DNA of 64,000 nt from Zootoca vivipara. Its lineage: Eukaryota. Of the stretch, positions 12,515 to 24,926 are shown one piece after another (position 1 is the stretch's first letter; each line of letters starts with the position of its first letter). The translations under genes and the position numbers were made by a program. A model generated the notes under the pieces. The model was not told where the DNA came from, made no database searches, and saw nothing but the letters and a program-made list of their open reading frames with translations. The stretch lies in contig NC_083288.1 in assembly GCF_963506605.1 (NCBI RefSeq), forward strand, positions 45,136,001-45,200,000. Reading direction: 5' to 3'.

Positions 12515-13151
12515 AGACACTCCTGGTTCTCTCTACAGTATTATTACTCTTCTCCACCTGATCTGAACAAGACAAATTGGGTGGTCGTTGACTCTGTCAA
12601 TTAGGAACTTTAAGGGACACCTATCCACATTATTGTTAACTAAAAGAGTGTCACAACAGAATGTCTTGGATGCGAAATAAGATACAGTGATTTGATATGA
12701 CGGAAGGAAACTGAAAACAGAGAGATAACAAAGCCCAGCCTCTCCCCCCCCCCCCTTACCATAGTTGTCTATGGAGCATCAAGGAGCTTATAATCATTTC
12801 AGACTTGCGTTTTGATTATTATTATTATTTTACACTCTGACATCTGCAGCTTCAGCCGGTTGAATTGATTATAGTAATTTAAATAATTGCAGGAGAGAGA
12901 ATTGCTTTTCTAGGGCTTTGGAATCTATGGCACATCAGCACTAAGGAAACTGCCAAAGTAATCATATTTGTGACGTTACAGAATCAGAGATTAGGCTTGA
13001 CCTAGAAGGTCAACCAGTTCACTTCCTGGCAATGCAGAATATCCACAAGTCTTTGTTATTTTTTGAAACCACTGATAAGCAGGAAACAAGACTCTTCCTA
13101 AAATTTCTCTATCGATTTTTTTTATAGAGTTGAGCCAACCATTTCTGAGTG

Positions 13152-13329
13152 CAGGGCCGGCTCTAGGTAGACCCCCGGTGGCGCGGTGCACCTTGGCGCC
13201 GGACCCGTAGGCAGGGCGCCGTGCGGAGAAGGCGTGCGGAAACCATGCTGCGCCCTGCGAGGGCGGGGGCGCCGGAGCGATCTCCGGCCCTTCAGCGCCA
13301 GGGCGGCCGACCTGCTCGAGACTGCCCTG
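13152..13329. mobile_element. hAT MITE
   Basis: CAGGGC...GCCCTG ends, 8-bp TSD TCTGAGTG. Confidence 0.85.
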
Positions 13330-13431
13330 TCTGAGTGTCAGAAGTACATTGTTGGAGCTCTGTGAAGGAAACTAGGGAAGATACCATTAGCAGTGCTTTG
13401 CTTGTTGCAGGCTCGTCTGAGCCTCTGTATA

Positions 13432-14206
13432 CAGTGGTACCTCAGATTAGGTACGCTTCAGGTTACGTTTTTTTTGGGTTACGTACCATTTTAACCCGGA
13501 AGTAAGTAACCTGGAAGTGAGAGCCCCGTGACCTCCTCCGCTCCCTCTTCCTGGCTCCCATTTTCAGCGCATGGAGCAGCAAGAGCTTCAAGATGTTCTC
13601 CTCCTCCTCCTCCTCCTCCTCCTCCTCCTCCCCTCCCTTCCCAAGCAGCACCGCCCCAAATCTCCGGCTCCAACAGCCTCCTGGCAAAGCTGGCCTGGAG
13701 TTTCCTGGGACAGGGACGATATGGGGAGGGGGTGTTTCCCCTCACCCCAAAGACCTTGCCTGGGGAGTAAAGCCCTCTTTCCCCCACCCATTGGGAAGGG
13801 GCAGGCCTCCATCCACTATTCCCGATGCCTACTAGCTCGGCTCTGCCTCTAAGGTGATGGTTCAAAATACCACTGTGTCCTGGCAACCAAGTCCTTTTTC
13901 ATGCCATGCACAGTTAATCTATGGAACTCCCTTTCACAGGAGGCAGGGATGCACCAACTAACTATCATCAGTGCATGTAAGGGGGGGGGAATCAATTTTA
14001 ATTTTTATCATCTAAAATACTGTCTCATTTGTTTTTATAGTACAGTATGTTGATTATTGCCTCCATTTTATGGGTCATTTGTCTCGTTAGAAATAAAATT
14101 CGTGCTAAATTAAACACCCCCTAAATTGTTCGCTTCAGGTTAAGTACACTTCAGGTTAAGTAATGACTTCCGGAACCAATTAAGTACTTAACCTGAGGTA
14201 CCACTG
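13432..14206. mobile_element. Tc1/pogo (Tigger-like) non-autonomous element containing a (CCT)n tract
   Basis: TIR CAGTGGTACCTCAG/CTGAGGTACCACTG, TA TSD. Confidence 0.8.
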
Positions 14207-15762
14207 TATAAGATTCCTGGTAAGATCCCTTCTTGTCCCTTTTAAAAAGAATAGACACAGCAATCTCGTTAAAGTCAATATAAAAGTAGTTTACTCACAA
14301 TCATTCAGTTCAGAGTTGGTTCCTTGAAGGCAGACTTAGGTTACAAAAGTATATATACATGTGGAACTATCCCATAAGGGAGTTAGTCCCAAGTGACTGT
14401 GAACAGGCAGTCACTTCTGCCCACATGTGGAAAAGAAGACAAAAATGGAGGAGAGAGCAGAAGAAGGAGGTGTGGTCTCCTCCTCGGGTCAGGCCACACC
14501 CACATTTCATCACATGCATAGGAAGTTTGTCCCAGCTCAGGAGAAAAAAAAGGAAGTTTTCACCTGAGTGGTACAAAGCATCCCCCAGCATGTCTATTCT
14601 AGGAATGTTGTACTTGATGCTGTGTGTTTCAGATCCCACAAAAACAGGGGTGAAAAGCAATCCAGTGCCCTCCAAAAAGTCCAATGTACACTGGATGAAG
14701 CCAGTGAAGGCAAGGATGATATGATATGGGGTGGGGCATCAGGTAGGAAGGAGAATAAGTCAGTCAATCTCCTACATTATCCTGGGAAGACACACCCAGA
14801 GCTCAGTTAGGTTTAGTTTATTTCACAGGTTATCCAACTTAATACCTGAGTTTAGTCCCTGCCTGATGCACCACTGCCTGACAACCCTAGAAAATTCTGA
14901 GGCATCTATCTTTACCTTGTGTCAGGAGCCCGGGCTGCCATCTTGATAACATAGCACGCAAGTCATAATTAGTTTGAAGATTTATTACAATACAAACAAT
15001 TAACCTTGGACATCTAACCAAGCTTCTGTGCCTTACGAGTCAGTTGACCCTTCTGAGGAGTGCCCCTGGTTCTGCAGAATATCCTGAATCTATGAAAATT
15101 ACGTTGCTGGGTTTGTTTCCTTTCCCATATATCTATTCTTTGGGCTCAGAGGATTGATTGCCCCCTCTTACGCTGAGGAAATGCTACCCCTCCTGCTTTT
15201 TGAGGCTGCCTGGTTTTCTTCTTCAGTGAGGTGACTTCTCTCCCTCCCACTCTCTTCTAACACCTTATCTACATTCCATTCTATGTCACAGGGAGGGGAA
15301 GGGGACTGCTCCCAGCTGCCTGACTGCTACCTAACTCATGCTGTGTTTCTCTACTTGGGGCAGATATGTTCATGACACCTAGAGTGATACATAGCTGCTC
15401 TAACTTGCCTAAACTGATGCCCAGTGTTTTCAAAATATTTTCAACCTAGCTCAGGACTGTGCCAAATCCAGTGCACAGTCCCACTGGATAGACAACTGCT
15501 CTGACTCAGAATTAGGCTGTTTGCAGTATTCCTGTGTTTCACTTTCTCTTCTTTCTCTGCAGCTTCCTATGGTCTCCCCAGGAAAGGCACAGAACCTCCT
15601 CTTGAGAAGAAACGTGGGGCACCCATGGGCATGCAGGAGAAGAGTAGGAAGGGAAAGTAAATTTTCTGGTAAGGTCTTGGTGGAGAAAATACAGGGAAAG
15701 TGATACCTGCCAGCAAGTCCATTAAGCCTCAGACCTAAAGGAACCTCAAATTATTTTGTCAT

Positions 15763-16664
15763 TTATAACTTTCTTTGTGTTAACTGCTCTCTGTTGTTCA
15801 GGTCAGGCCTCACCACAATAATGTAGCATTTAGGGGCAAAAATGGAAACCAGTAACCCAGCACCAGAAGCAAAGATGGAGAAGATCTCCACAGCCACCAT
15901 GTATTTTCCTCTAGTGCTCAGATAAGTTGGAATGAAGGAGAGCCAAACACTGCAGAAGACCAGCATGCTGAAGGTGATGAACTTGGCTTCGTTGAAAGTG
16001 TCAGGCAACTTCCTGGCTAGGAAGGCCACCGTGAGGCTCACTGTGGCCAGGAAGCCCATGTAGCCCAAAACACAATAGAACATGGGGACTGACCCTTCAT
16101 TACAAAGAAATATGATTTCTCCCGTCATTGAGTGCATGTCCATGTCTGGGAATGGGGGAGAGGTTGCCAGCCAGAGGACACAGATCCCTACTTGAACAAT
16201 GGAGCAGGAAAAGACAATGGAATAAGCCAGTTCTTTGCCTACCCATTTCCTCATATTGGTTCCTGGTTTGGTAGCCATGAATGCCAAAACCACCAATATG
16301 GTTTTGGCTAAGATGCTGGAGAGGGCCACAGAGAAGACAATGCCAAAAGCAGTTTGTCGGAGAAGGCAAGTCACCTTATTAGGTTTTCCAATGAACAACA
16401 AAGAAGAGAGAAAACACAAGAGGAGGGAGATAAGGAGACCGTAGGTGAGGCTTCTGTTGTTGGCTTTGACTATGGCTGTATTGCGATGCTTAATGAAGAT
16501 GCCAAGGACCAGAATTGTGATAAGAGAGAACAGAAGCGCAAAAGAAGTTGAAACAATGGCCAAGGTTTCATCAAAGCCCAGGAAGTTTGGAATTTTGGGA
16601 ATGCATAGATCCTGGTCTTTGTTTGGATATTGATCTCCTGGGCAACTGACACATGTTTCCATAT
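15763..16664 (-). CDS. V2R-2 exon 6 (7TM)
   Basis: 902 bp open frame. Confidence 0.95.
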
Positions 16665-19600
16665 CTGAAACAAACAATACATGACAATTTGAAGCATATT
16701 TTGATGGTATCTATAAACAATTTAAACAGCACGTCTAATAATTTAAGCCTTCTGTCCTGCAACAGTTTTATGTCAACAAATTTCCCAAGAGCCCAAAGCT
16801 TTTGTATTATGTTAAGATATCATATCCCACCTTTCTCATTTGAAATCATTCCTTCTGGACATTGATCACAATCATAGCAGCAAAACTTCTTTCCCTCCTT
16901 CTTTTTCTTCCCATAACCAGGACGGCAGTTGGCATTACATATAGAAAGTGGTGGCACCTTTACAAAGAGATAGGAATAGTTTAATATTATGATATTGTTT
17001 TTTGAAATTTATCCAATATCCTATTTCAGAAAATAGGGGGACGAATAGTGTGAAATGATCCATATGTACACAAGTGGCAAATCCCATGGGGTGTTCTTTT
17101 GTGGTAGCTCACGGAGGCAGGAATTAAAGGTACCCCATTATAGTTGTTCTGCTCCAACCTGCAGAGTCATTAAACAAACTAGTACATGTCAGGAGATTCA
17201 GTTCCACCTTAAGGCTTAGGCATGTTGCTGCTGATGTATGTCACATGTCTAGGCATTTCCGTTTGTACTTTTTCTTTACTGTACTGTTTGAACTGATGGA
17301 TGAGATAAAGCATCATTTCGCTCTCTCTTCAGATACGCTGTAAATAAACCGCTTTAAAATGTCTTTCTGCTGCCTTATCATCTCCGCTGAAACTGCGTGG
17401 GCATCTCTGCTGATTGCGTGCTCAGGTCACTGAGACCCTGAGTCATGTTCCATGGGAATCACTGGGACTGAGGAGAAGAGGGGGCTGCCGGCTGGACCTC
17501 CCAATGGTGATATCCCAACAGTACAGTGGTACCTCTACTTATGAATAACTCTACTTACGAATTTTTCTACTGACGAATGGAGCTCTGTCTGCCATCTTGG
17601 ATGCGGTTTAGATAGGATTTTTTCTACTTACGAATTTTTAGATAGGGTTGCTTTGACTTGCGAATTTTTTCTACCAATGCATTCCTACGGGATTCGACTT
17701 ACAAATGTGCGTTCGGAACGCATTAAATTCGTAAGTAGAGGTACCACTGTACTAGGAAATCGGTCCATGACCTTTGTGTTGTGGTGTCCTGTTAGGGCCC
17801 ATTCTGTCTCCTATGGTATTCATCATCTATATGAAACTCTTAGAAATAATATCCTAGGATCTGGCACATGGTGTCATCTGGATGCGGATGGTGTGAAGTT
17901 CTACCTTTCTACCTTTCCATTCCATTGGAACAAGAGGGGGTGGTGAAGGTGCTGGACAGGTGTCTGGAGGCAGTGATGGAAGGGATGGAAGGGATGGGGG
18001 CTGAATCCTTATCAGAGAAAAATGTTTTGGGTGGGTGGTTCCAAGGCCTGACCTGTTCCAGGTGCTGAGCTTATCCCCTGCTTAGACCTTTTCACCAGCT
18101 ACAACTTCTCCTAGATGCATATGTCCTAAATGTAGATTCATACAAACTCAAGAAAATTATGTTGTTCATTCTCAACTCAAATACTGATACAGCTAGCTTA
18201 GTCTTCAATCTAATGCCACGAACTGGAGATTTGCTTCAGAAATTTCATAAACAAATATGGTGAACATTGCCAGACTCTGTGATAGAAATTGCTCTTCTTA
18301 GTGTGAGATGTCTTCTGTGCATGTTGCTCATTCCAGTATGGTGGCTCATTTGTTTATGTACAGGACAATATGTTTTCTTAGATGGCTTATTAGCATGCTA
18401 TAAATAAAAAAGGAATGCCACTATGCCATGTAATGTAACATTATGTACAAAGAAAAGTGCCATTAGCAAAATTGAAGGCCAACAAGCATGGCCTCAGAAG
18501 CTTTAGGTGCAAACCTAAAGGAAAAGTCACTCTTTCAAATAGAATATCTCTCAATTAAAGTACTCTCCATCTAGATATGAAAACTTCTTATTTTAACCCA
18601 TATTTAATTGTGAATTTCAAAGTTAATAATGTATGAAGTGCTTTTGTTACATCACATTTTGTGAATAACCACAATTTATGGCATTTCACGGACTCTGCCG
18701 TTATTCCCATACCTTAGTGAAGTCTCTGTGCCATTTGATTCTGTCCTCATTAATGGTGAACTCTTTGCCAGGAGGGGCCTGAGGATCCAACCTTCCCACT
18801 TTGACCCTGACATATGATCCATTTCGGAACGTGACCAAGTTAATCATATCGAAGCCAGCTGCTAATTCTCCATATTCATTTAATGTAATTTCATCCCCAA
18901 CACTGTTGTTGAATGAGATTCTCTGCAGGAATGAGTGGAGCTAAGTGGAAAGGGAATAAAAAGGTGTATAAAGCATTTTAATAGTCTAATTAAAAGTGTT
19001 AAATAGCTTTCCAAGATGGAATTAATTCATTTTCCTCTAGGAGGTAAACAATGAATTAAGTTCACAATGGGGGGTATCCATATTTCAGTTGCACATACAG
19101 GAGGAGGGGAAAATCATGAATCAGTGTCAATTCAACATTTGCCAGACTTCCATAAAGATATTATGAAGGAGAGTTGAGCCCATAGACCTGCTTGCTTGGG
19201 ACCTGCCTTTGTCAAGATCCAAGAAAGGTACAGAATTTGAGTAGTGATGTAAGAGAAGTGATGGGAGCTCATGTTCTGAAAGGATAGGAATGCAACATGA
19301 GAACATCTGACTGGGCCTTTCCTTTGTCTATAGAATGGATTTGAGCATGGTATCATGGAATTGCTGAATGCAGAGGAGTGGCAGGAAGCAGGAGCTGGGG
19401 AACCCCCAAGGGACACCCCAAGGAAAGGAGGCTCAAAGACAGGGGATTAGTGGTGGGATGACAATGAGTGTTCAGAGGTAGAAGAGGGTCCTGATTGGGA
19501 GGAGGAAGTGTCAGAAACCAAAGAAGCAACAGGGTTAAGTGAGAAGGAAGAGGCTGTGGCAGACAGCAATCCAGTCTCTGAGGCAGAAGAGGAGGATGGA

Positions 19601-21129
19601 GAGAAGCAGGGTCTGGAGACAGAGATCGCACAGTTGTTAGCCTCTTCTGGGTTTAGGCTTCGTGGTTCAGAAACCCCTTTTGGAGGGAAGGCAGGGAAAG
19701 ATGAGTCAGGGATAGGGACCTGCCTTCCTGTTTTCTCTTGGATAGGCTGAGGATCCTTGCAGAAGCCAGTGCCTGTGTTGGCATCCTGGTTTTGCTCCCT
19801 CAGAATTATGGGCCTGGGGCCATGGACCCTGGCCTCCAACTTTACACCACTGGGTAACTGGACAGGATAGAGAGCCAGAGAGAATTCTGGAGGGATATGG
19901 GGAGTAAACTGAGGGGTTGTGCAGTGTGGAGGAAGCGGCTGGCAACAGCTTTACTTACGTGTAGTTGTTGGTAGTCTCTTGCTTATGAAAGTCTGTGTCA
20001 TCTAATGTCTGTTCAGTATCATAGGAAATATTCTAATTCCCATCTTTGATTCAATAAAAGTTCCTTAGATTTCTTTTTAATTTCTTAAGTTCTATTCTTT
20101 TTTTCTTTACTGATAACTACAAGTCATCTCACATAATTTATCAATGCAGTGAGTGCTTTGTAAAAGGGAACAGTACCTGCCAAGGTTCTACATATCGTGA
20201 AGAGATTTTGCCCTTGGCATCTCTTCTCTTGCGAATGACTCCAGCGAAGCGCTTGCTATTTAAGGCATGTGCCAAAGCATAGACAGCATTATAGATACTG
20301 TAGCTTTGCCCAGTCATGCTCATTTCAAAAAATGGTGCAGGAAGGCTCTCCAGCAACTCCTCTCCAGTACATTTGCGAATGCCTGGTAACACAGTGGAAT
20401 TTGAAAGTGAACAATCAAATGCGTCTTCCCAGAAATCTTTGATAAAACCATCTGTGTCTGTCCAATGGGGATATATACTCTCCAGAAAGTTTTGAAATTT
20501 GTGAATCTCCTTGGAGTGAATCGCAAAGGAGGTAGCACCATGGAACATTCGTATATTAACATAAACTTTTTTTTGAAGGCTATGTAATATGAAATCAAGT
20601 TGGGCTGTTGTAATCCATACTTTTCCTTCACGTGACTTCATATGAGGAAATAGTAGCTGGGATAACTCCATCACCGTTAAAGCATTTGCCAACCACAGAA
20701 TAAATCTGCTTTCTCCGAATACAAGAACCGCATTGGCTTTGCTGGTTGTGAAAGTTGGTAACAATATCTTTGTGTCATCCACCATTTCTAGAAAGTTACC
20801 ATTAAAATGCAGATTGAGTTCAACTCTTTCTGTGAATGCTGAACAGATTCCATTCTTGAAAAACTTGGCTTCAATTGTCTGTAAGAAATGTTCACCGGCT
20901 TCATTAGCTGTAGTCACGAGCCCAACCCATTTCCATTGGAAATGCAGAAGTAACTGGATAATTCCCTGATACTGAAGGTCTTCATTGGGGACCATGCGGT
21001 AAAAGGAAGAGAACTTGGTTCCATCATTTATGGCCGGTTCAAACAAACCATATGAAATCTGGAAAAAGCAAAAGCCAAATGTTTCCAAGTGGAAACAAGA
21101 ACTCATGATATTCCAATTAATTTAAATAT

Positions 21130-21170
<41 letters not shown>

Positions 21171-24100
21171 ATAAATGGAATATATACCCCAAATATACCA
21201 AGTTTAGGGACAGCACCAACCCCATCTCATAGAGGGCTGTCTTAAGCATATGCGGTTCCGGGGTGCAAAGATCCGCCCGGGGCCTCTCCCCCAGTCCTAG
21301 AGGTGCTGGAGGGGGGAGCTGGCTGGACGCATCAGCGTCCCCCTGACTCGGTCACCCTTGAACTCGCGGCGCAAAAGAACCAACCACGTCGCTCTAACCG
21401 ATGGGAAGGCTCTTCCCCAGACTGAACTCTCAGGCCCCGGACTCTTGGCCTGATGCCCCTGAGAGCCCTGTGCCTGGGTACCCCACACCCCTAGCACCTA
21501 TGGGTAAGACAGCCCTGCTCAATGGTTTCTGTATATTTATTTTTATTCTTATGGCATCACCACAGCTTTATACTTGTACACACAGATTATATCCAAGAAT
21601 AGGGGAGCATTTATCATTGCTCATGTAAGTGGATGATTGAACAAAACTCCAAAGTGGAGGTTGATTGTGTACTTATGCTCCATAATCTTTACAGCAGTTG
21701 TAGAGAGAGGTTGATTCTCTATCTACTAAAAACTCTCTCAGGAAGGTTTCCTGGGAAATCATAAAGAGCTCCAAAAGATTATATATGTTATTGTTCTCTG
21801 ACTACAATAAACCACATCATATAAAATATCAGTAAAATGCAAATTAGTGTACCAACACTAATTAAAACAACTACCGGTAAATTGAAATCCAACAATGAAG
21901 CAGAACAGCACAATTCACTATATAACTTTCTGAAAGGACAGGTGCCAAATGCCAGGAAAATGTCAAGAAAAGTGTTTTCAATTAGCCTCTGAAAGTGAAC
22001 AAAACCACATCCGGGCCTGCGACAGAGGTGGTGTTGTGGGCATCATGACTGAACTCTCACGATGGGGCTGAGAGCTCAGCCCCTCTCGATTGGCTGTTCC
22101 CGCCTCCGTCGGTCCAGGGCTGACCAATGAGGTTGGTCGGGCGGTGGGACTTGCAGTCTTTAAACATCCTAGAGACGGGAACTCTGCCTCTTGCCTTCTC
22201 ACTCGCCAGTGCGATCGTTTCGCCCACCCACCCTTTAGGCTAGGCTGATGCTGCTATGGACTTCGGTTGGTTGCCTGGTTGGCCAGGGGCCTGGTCATAC
22301 TTTTCCCACTTGGTCTAGCCAAGATCTTTTTTTTTCGCCTACCTCGTAGCAATTCGTCACAACTTTTGGTTTGGCGGTTAGGCATTGGAAATTTGCATAA
22401 AAAGATGGTGGGGGGTCAGGTTGCGTCATCAACTGCGCAAGAAATGGAGAAGTATTCCGTTAAAGGGGCGGGGCTTGGTCCCAGACTCCAACACACGGGC
22501 TGGAGTCGGATATAGTCAGTTAGGTTCCAATGCCTAAGCCAAGTCAACATCCGTAACCAATAAAGTTGTGGCCTTTTCGCCCACTTAAAATCTATTCATT
22601 TGTGTCTTGTGTCTTATTTGTCACAGGGAAGGAGGGACATTGCCACACAATGTTGATTAACATCATACTTTGGGAAAGGCTATCTTGATTTTTAAGGGGA
22701 GGAACATTTTTAATTAACGTGTCCTGAGTCATTCATACCTTTGAAGCCATTGTCAATTTCATAAATTGAGTAGCTCACACGAAGCCAGTGCAGTGATTTC
22801 AGGAATGATGTATATGAACCAGTCTAGGTGCCTCCTTTACAAACCTGGCAGCTTTGCAGCAATCTTCTATTACATCTATTAAACACAAATTGTACCTTCT
22901 TACAAACATTGTTGGATATGGATATTATGGCCCTTTTACTTTGTCCATTTTACAACTCCATATTTATGAATCAGTAGATTCCTACTGAAGGAAAGCATGA
23001 ATTCTGTTTTTCAAAATCCATATTCTACCTGTGGAATCTTGAAAAGACCTAAGACGTTTGCCAAGCACCAGGAAGTATCAGAGCTAAGTCCCCCAATGAC
23101 TCCTATTACATTTTTCTGGATGCCACATCTGTAGTTTGGAAAAAAGTGACGTGATTTAAAGATCAGGTCCAGAGTTGTTCGGTAGGCCATCTTTGAATCA
23201 TAATAGTTATCATAGATGTGGAATCCAAGAGAGACATTGGGCAAAATCCTGGGATTCTCATTGATCTCATCAATAGCAAACACCAAAGCCAGGATGTGCT
23301 GGTAGAACTTTGTCATCACCCTGCAAATGAACTGAATTAATGTTTAATGGGAAAATTAAACAGTGCATATTATCTAGATATAGCAGAGATTCACCCACCT
23401 GCCCATAAAGAGAGGGCACAGCCAGCAAGGTTTATTTATTTGTTTAGACAACCTTTATATAGTACTGTGTCAATAAAAATATATTAAAGTGTTTTCTACA
23501 GCTGCTGCAAACTTCATTGTCGTCTGCATCAAACTATCTACTAAGACCACAACATCTCATTGATGATTTCTTACAACCAGTTGAGACCCCATGACGGTAG
23601 AAGTGAAATTAATTTTTTGCTCATCATATTGCACTTGCTTGCAGTGAATTGAATTTGCTATTTTCCTGCCCATGCATTCCCTTTGAAGAGATCATTTTGT
23701 TGCTCTTTGCAACCCATGATTGTTTTCTCCACCCTGGACATTTTGGTATCATCAGCAAAGTTAAGGACCTCACTGCTTGCCCATTTGTTCTTCGTATGTT
23801 TTTATGCCATTCCTTTTCTTTTCTCTTGCTCTTACTCTTTTTTCTCTCTGCCTTTATAGAATTTGATAAATAAAGCTCAGCGTTCATTGACAGTATATGT
23901 TTGTAGCCTATGTGCATGCAGATTTCTAATAAAATTGTGTGTGTAGAAAATCTTTCCATTCTTTTTCTTTAAAAAGTTCTAAAGCTTTATTCTACAAACC
24001 AATAAAAAGTTTTCTTCCCATCAGCCATGACATATAAAGATTAAATAAAATAATATTAAGTACCAGTTACTTACAGAGGGTGATCAATGGAGACCAGGGA

Positions 24101-24307
24101 AGGGTGTTTATTGAAAGATATTTGGGGTAATATGTAATACATATAAGATACCGTTGCACCAATGACAAGGTCCGCTGGCTCATACCACTCGTGTGGAACA
24201 TGAACAGGGTGATTTGTGGTGCATTTAACACTTTGTACTTGGGACCCCATGTTGGGGAGAAGCAGAAGCAGAACCCACATCCTGATGGCAAATGTCCTTC
24301 TCTGCAT
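15763..24307 (-). CDS. Vomeronasal type-2 receptor gene 2, exons 24075-24307, 23029-23320, 20177-21058, 18713-18940, 16831-16957, 15763-16664; 2664 nt, 887 aa
   Basis: Same exon phases and motifs as gene 1, GT-AG introns, joins in frame. Confidence 0.93.
16831..16957 (-). CDS. V2R-2 exon 5
   Basis: 127 bp, CCYDC. Confidence 0.9.
17187..17520 (+). mobile_element. Solo LTR
   Basis: TG...CA ends, 5-bp TSD GTACA, AATAAA; absent from V2R-1. Confidence 0.8.
17524..17749. mobile_element. Tc1/pogo MITE
   Basis: TIR CAGTGGTACCTCTACTTA, TA TSD; second copy at 45783-46025. Confidence 0.9.
18713..18940 (-). CDS. V2R-2 exon 4
   Basis: 228 bp, near-identical to gene 1 exon 4. Confidence 0.9.
20177..21058 (-). 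CDS. V2R-2 exon 3
   Basis: 882 bp, ISYG...VEPWQ. Confidence 0.92.
21133..21168. repeat. (CA)n microsatellite
   Basis: Direct observation; longer than the homologous tract in V2R-1. Confidence 0.9.
21233..21517. mobile_element. Same hAT MITE insertion in V2R-2, left flank deleted
   Basis: Near-identical to 10086-10371 at the homologous site. Confidence 0.85.
22000..22648 (+). mobile_element. Unclassified retroelement repeat (possibly DIRS/Ngaro-type terminal repeat)
   Basis: Insertion relative to V2R-1; shares blocks TAGCAATTCGTCACAACTTT, CCAATGCCTAAGCCAAG and AATAAAGTTGTGGCC with copies at about 48.0, 51.8 and 55.7 kb. Confidence 0.55.
23029..23320 (-). CDS. V2R-2 exon 2
   Basis: 292 bp, MTKFYQH...KIPQ. 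Confidence 0.92.
24075..24307 (-). CDS. V2R-2 exon 1
   Basis: [17 protein letters not shown]...; donor GTAAGT. Confidence 0.85.
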
Positions 24308-24926
24308 AGACACTCCTGTTTCTCTCTACAATGTTATTGCTGTCCTCCTCCTGATTTGAACAAGAGAGATTGGGTGGTCGTTGACTCTGTCAATGTGGCA
24401 CTTAAAGGGACACATATCCACCTTATTGTTAACTTGAACACTGTCACAACAGAATGTCTTGGATGCCAAATAAGATGCAGTTATTTGATATGACAGAGGG
24501 AAACTGAAAACAGACAGGTAACAGAGCCCAGCCTCTCTCTCCTCCCTTACCATAGCTGTCTATGGAGCATCAAGGAGCTTATAATCATTTCAGACTTGTG
24601 TTTTGATTTTTTTTTTTTTTACACTCTGACATCTGGAGTTCAGCCGGTTGAATTGATTATAGTAATTTAAATAATTTCAGGAGAGAGAATTACTTTTCTA
24701 GTGCTTTTGGAGTCTATGGCACACCAGCACTAAGGAAACTGCCAAAAGTAATCATATTTGTGACATTACAGAATCAGAGATTAGGATTGACCTAGAAGGT
24801 CAACCAGTTAACTCCTTGGCAATGCAGAATATCCACAAGTCTTTGTTGTTTTTTGAAACCACTGTTTAGCAGAAATCAATACTCTTCCTAAAATTTTTAT
24901 AGAGTTGAGCCAACCTTTTCTGAGTA

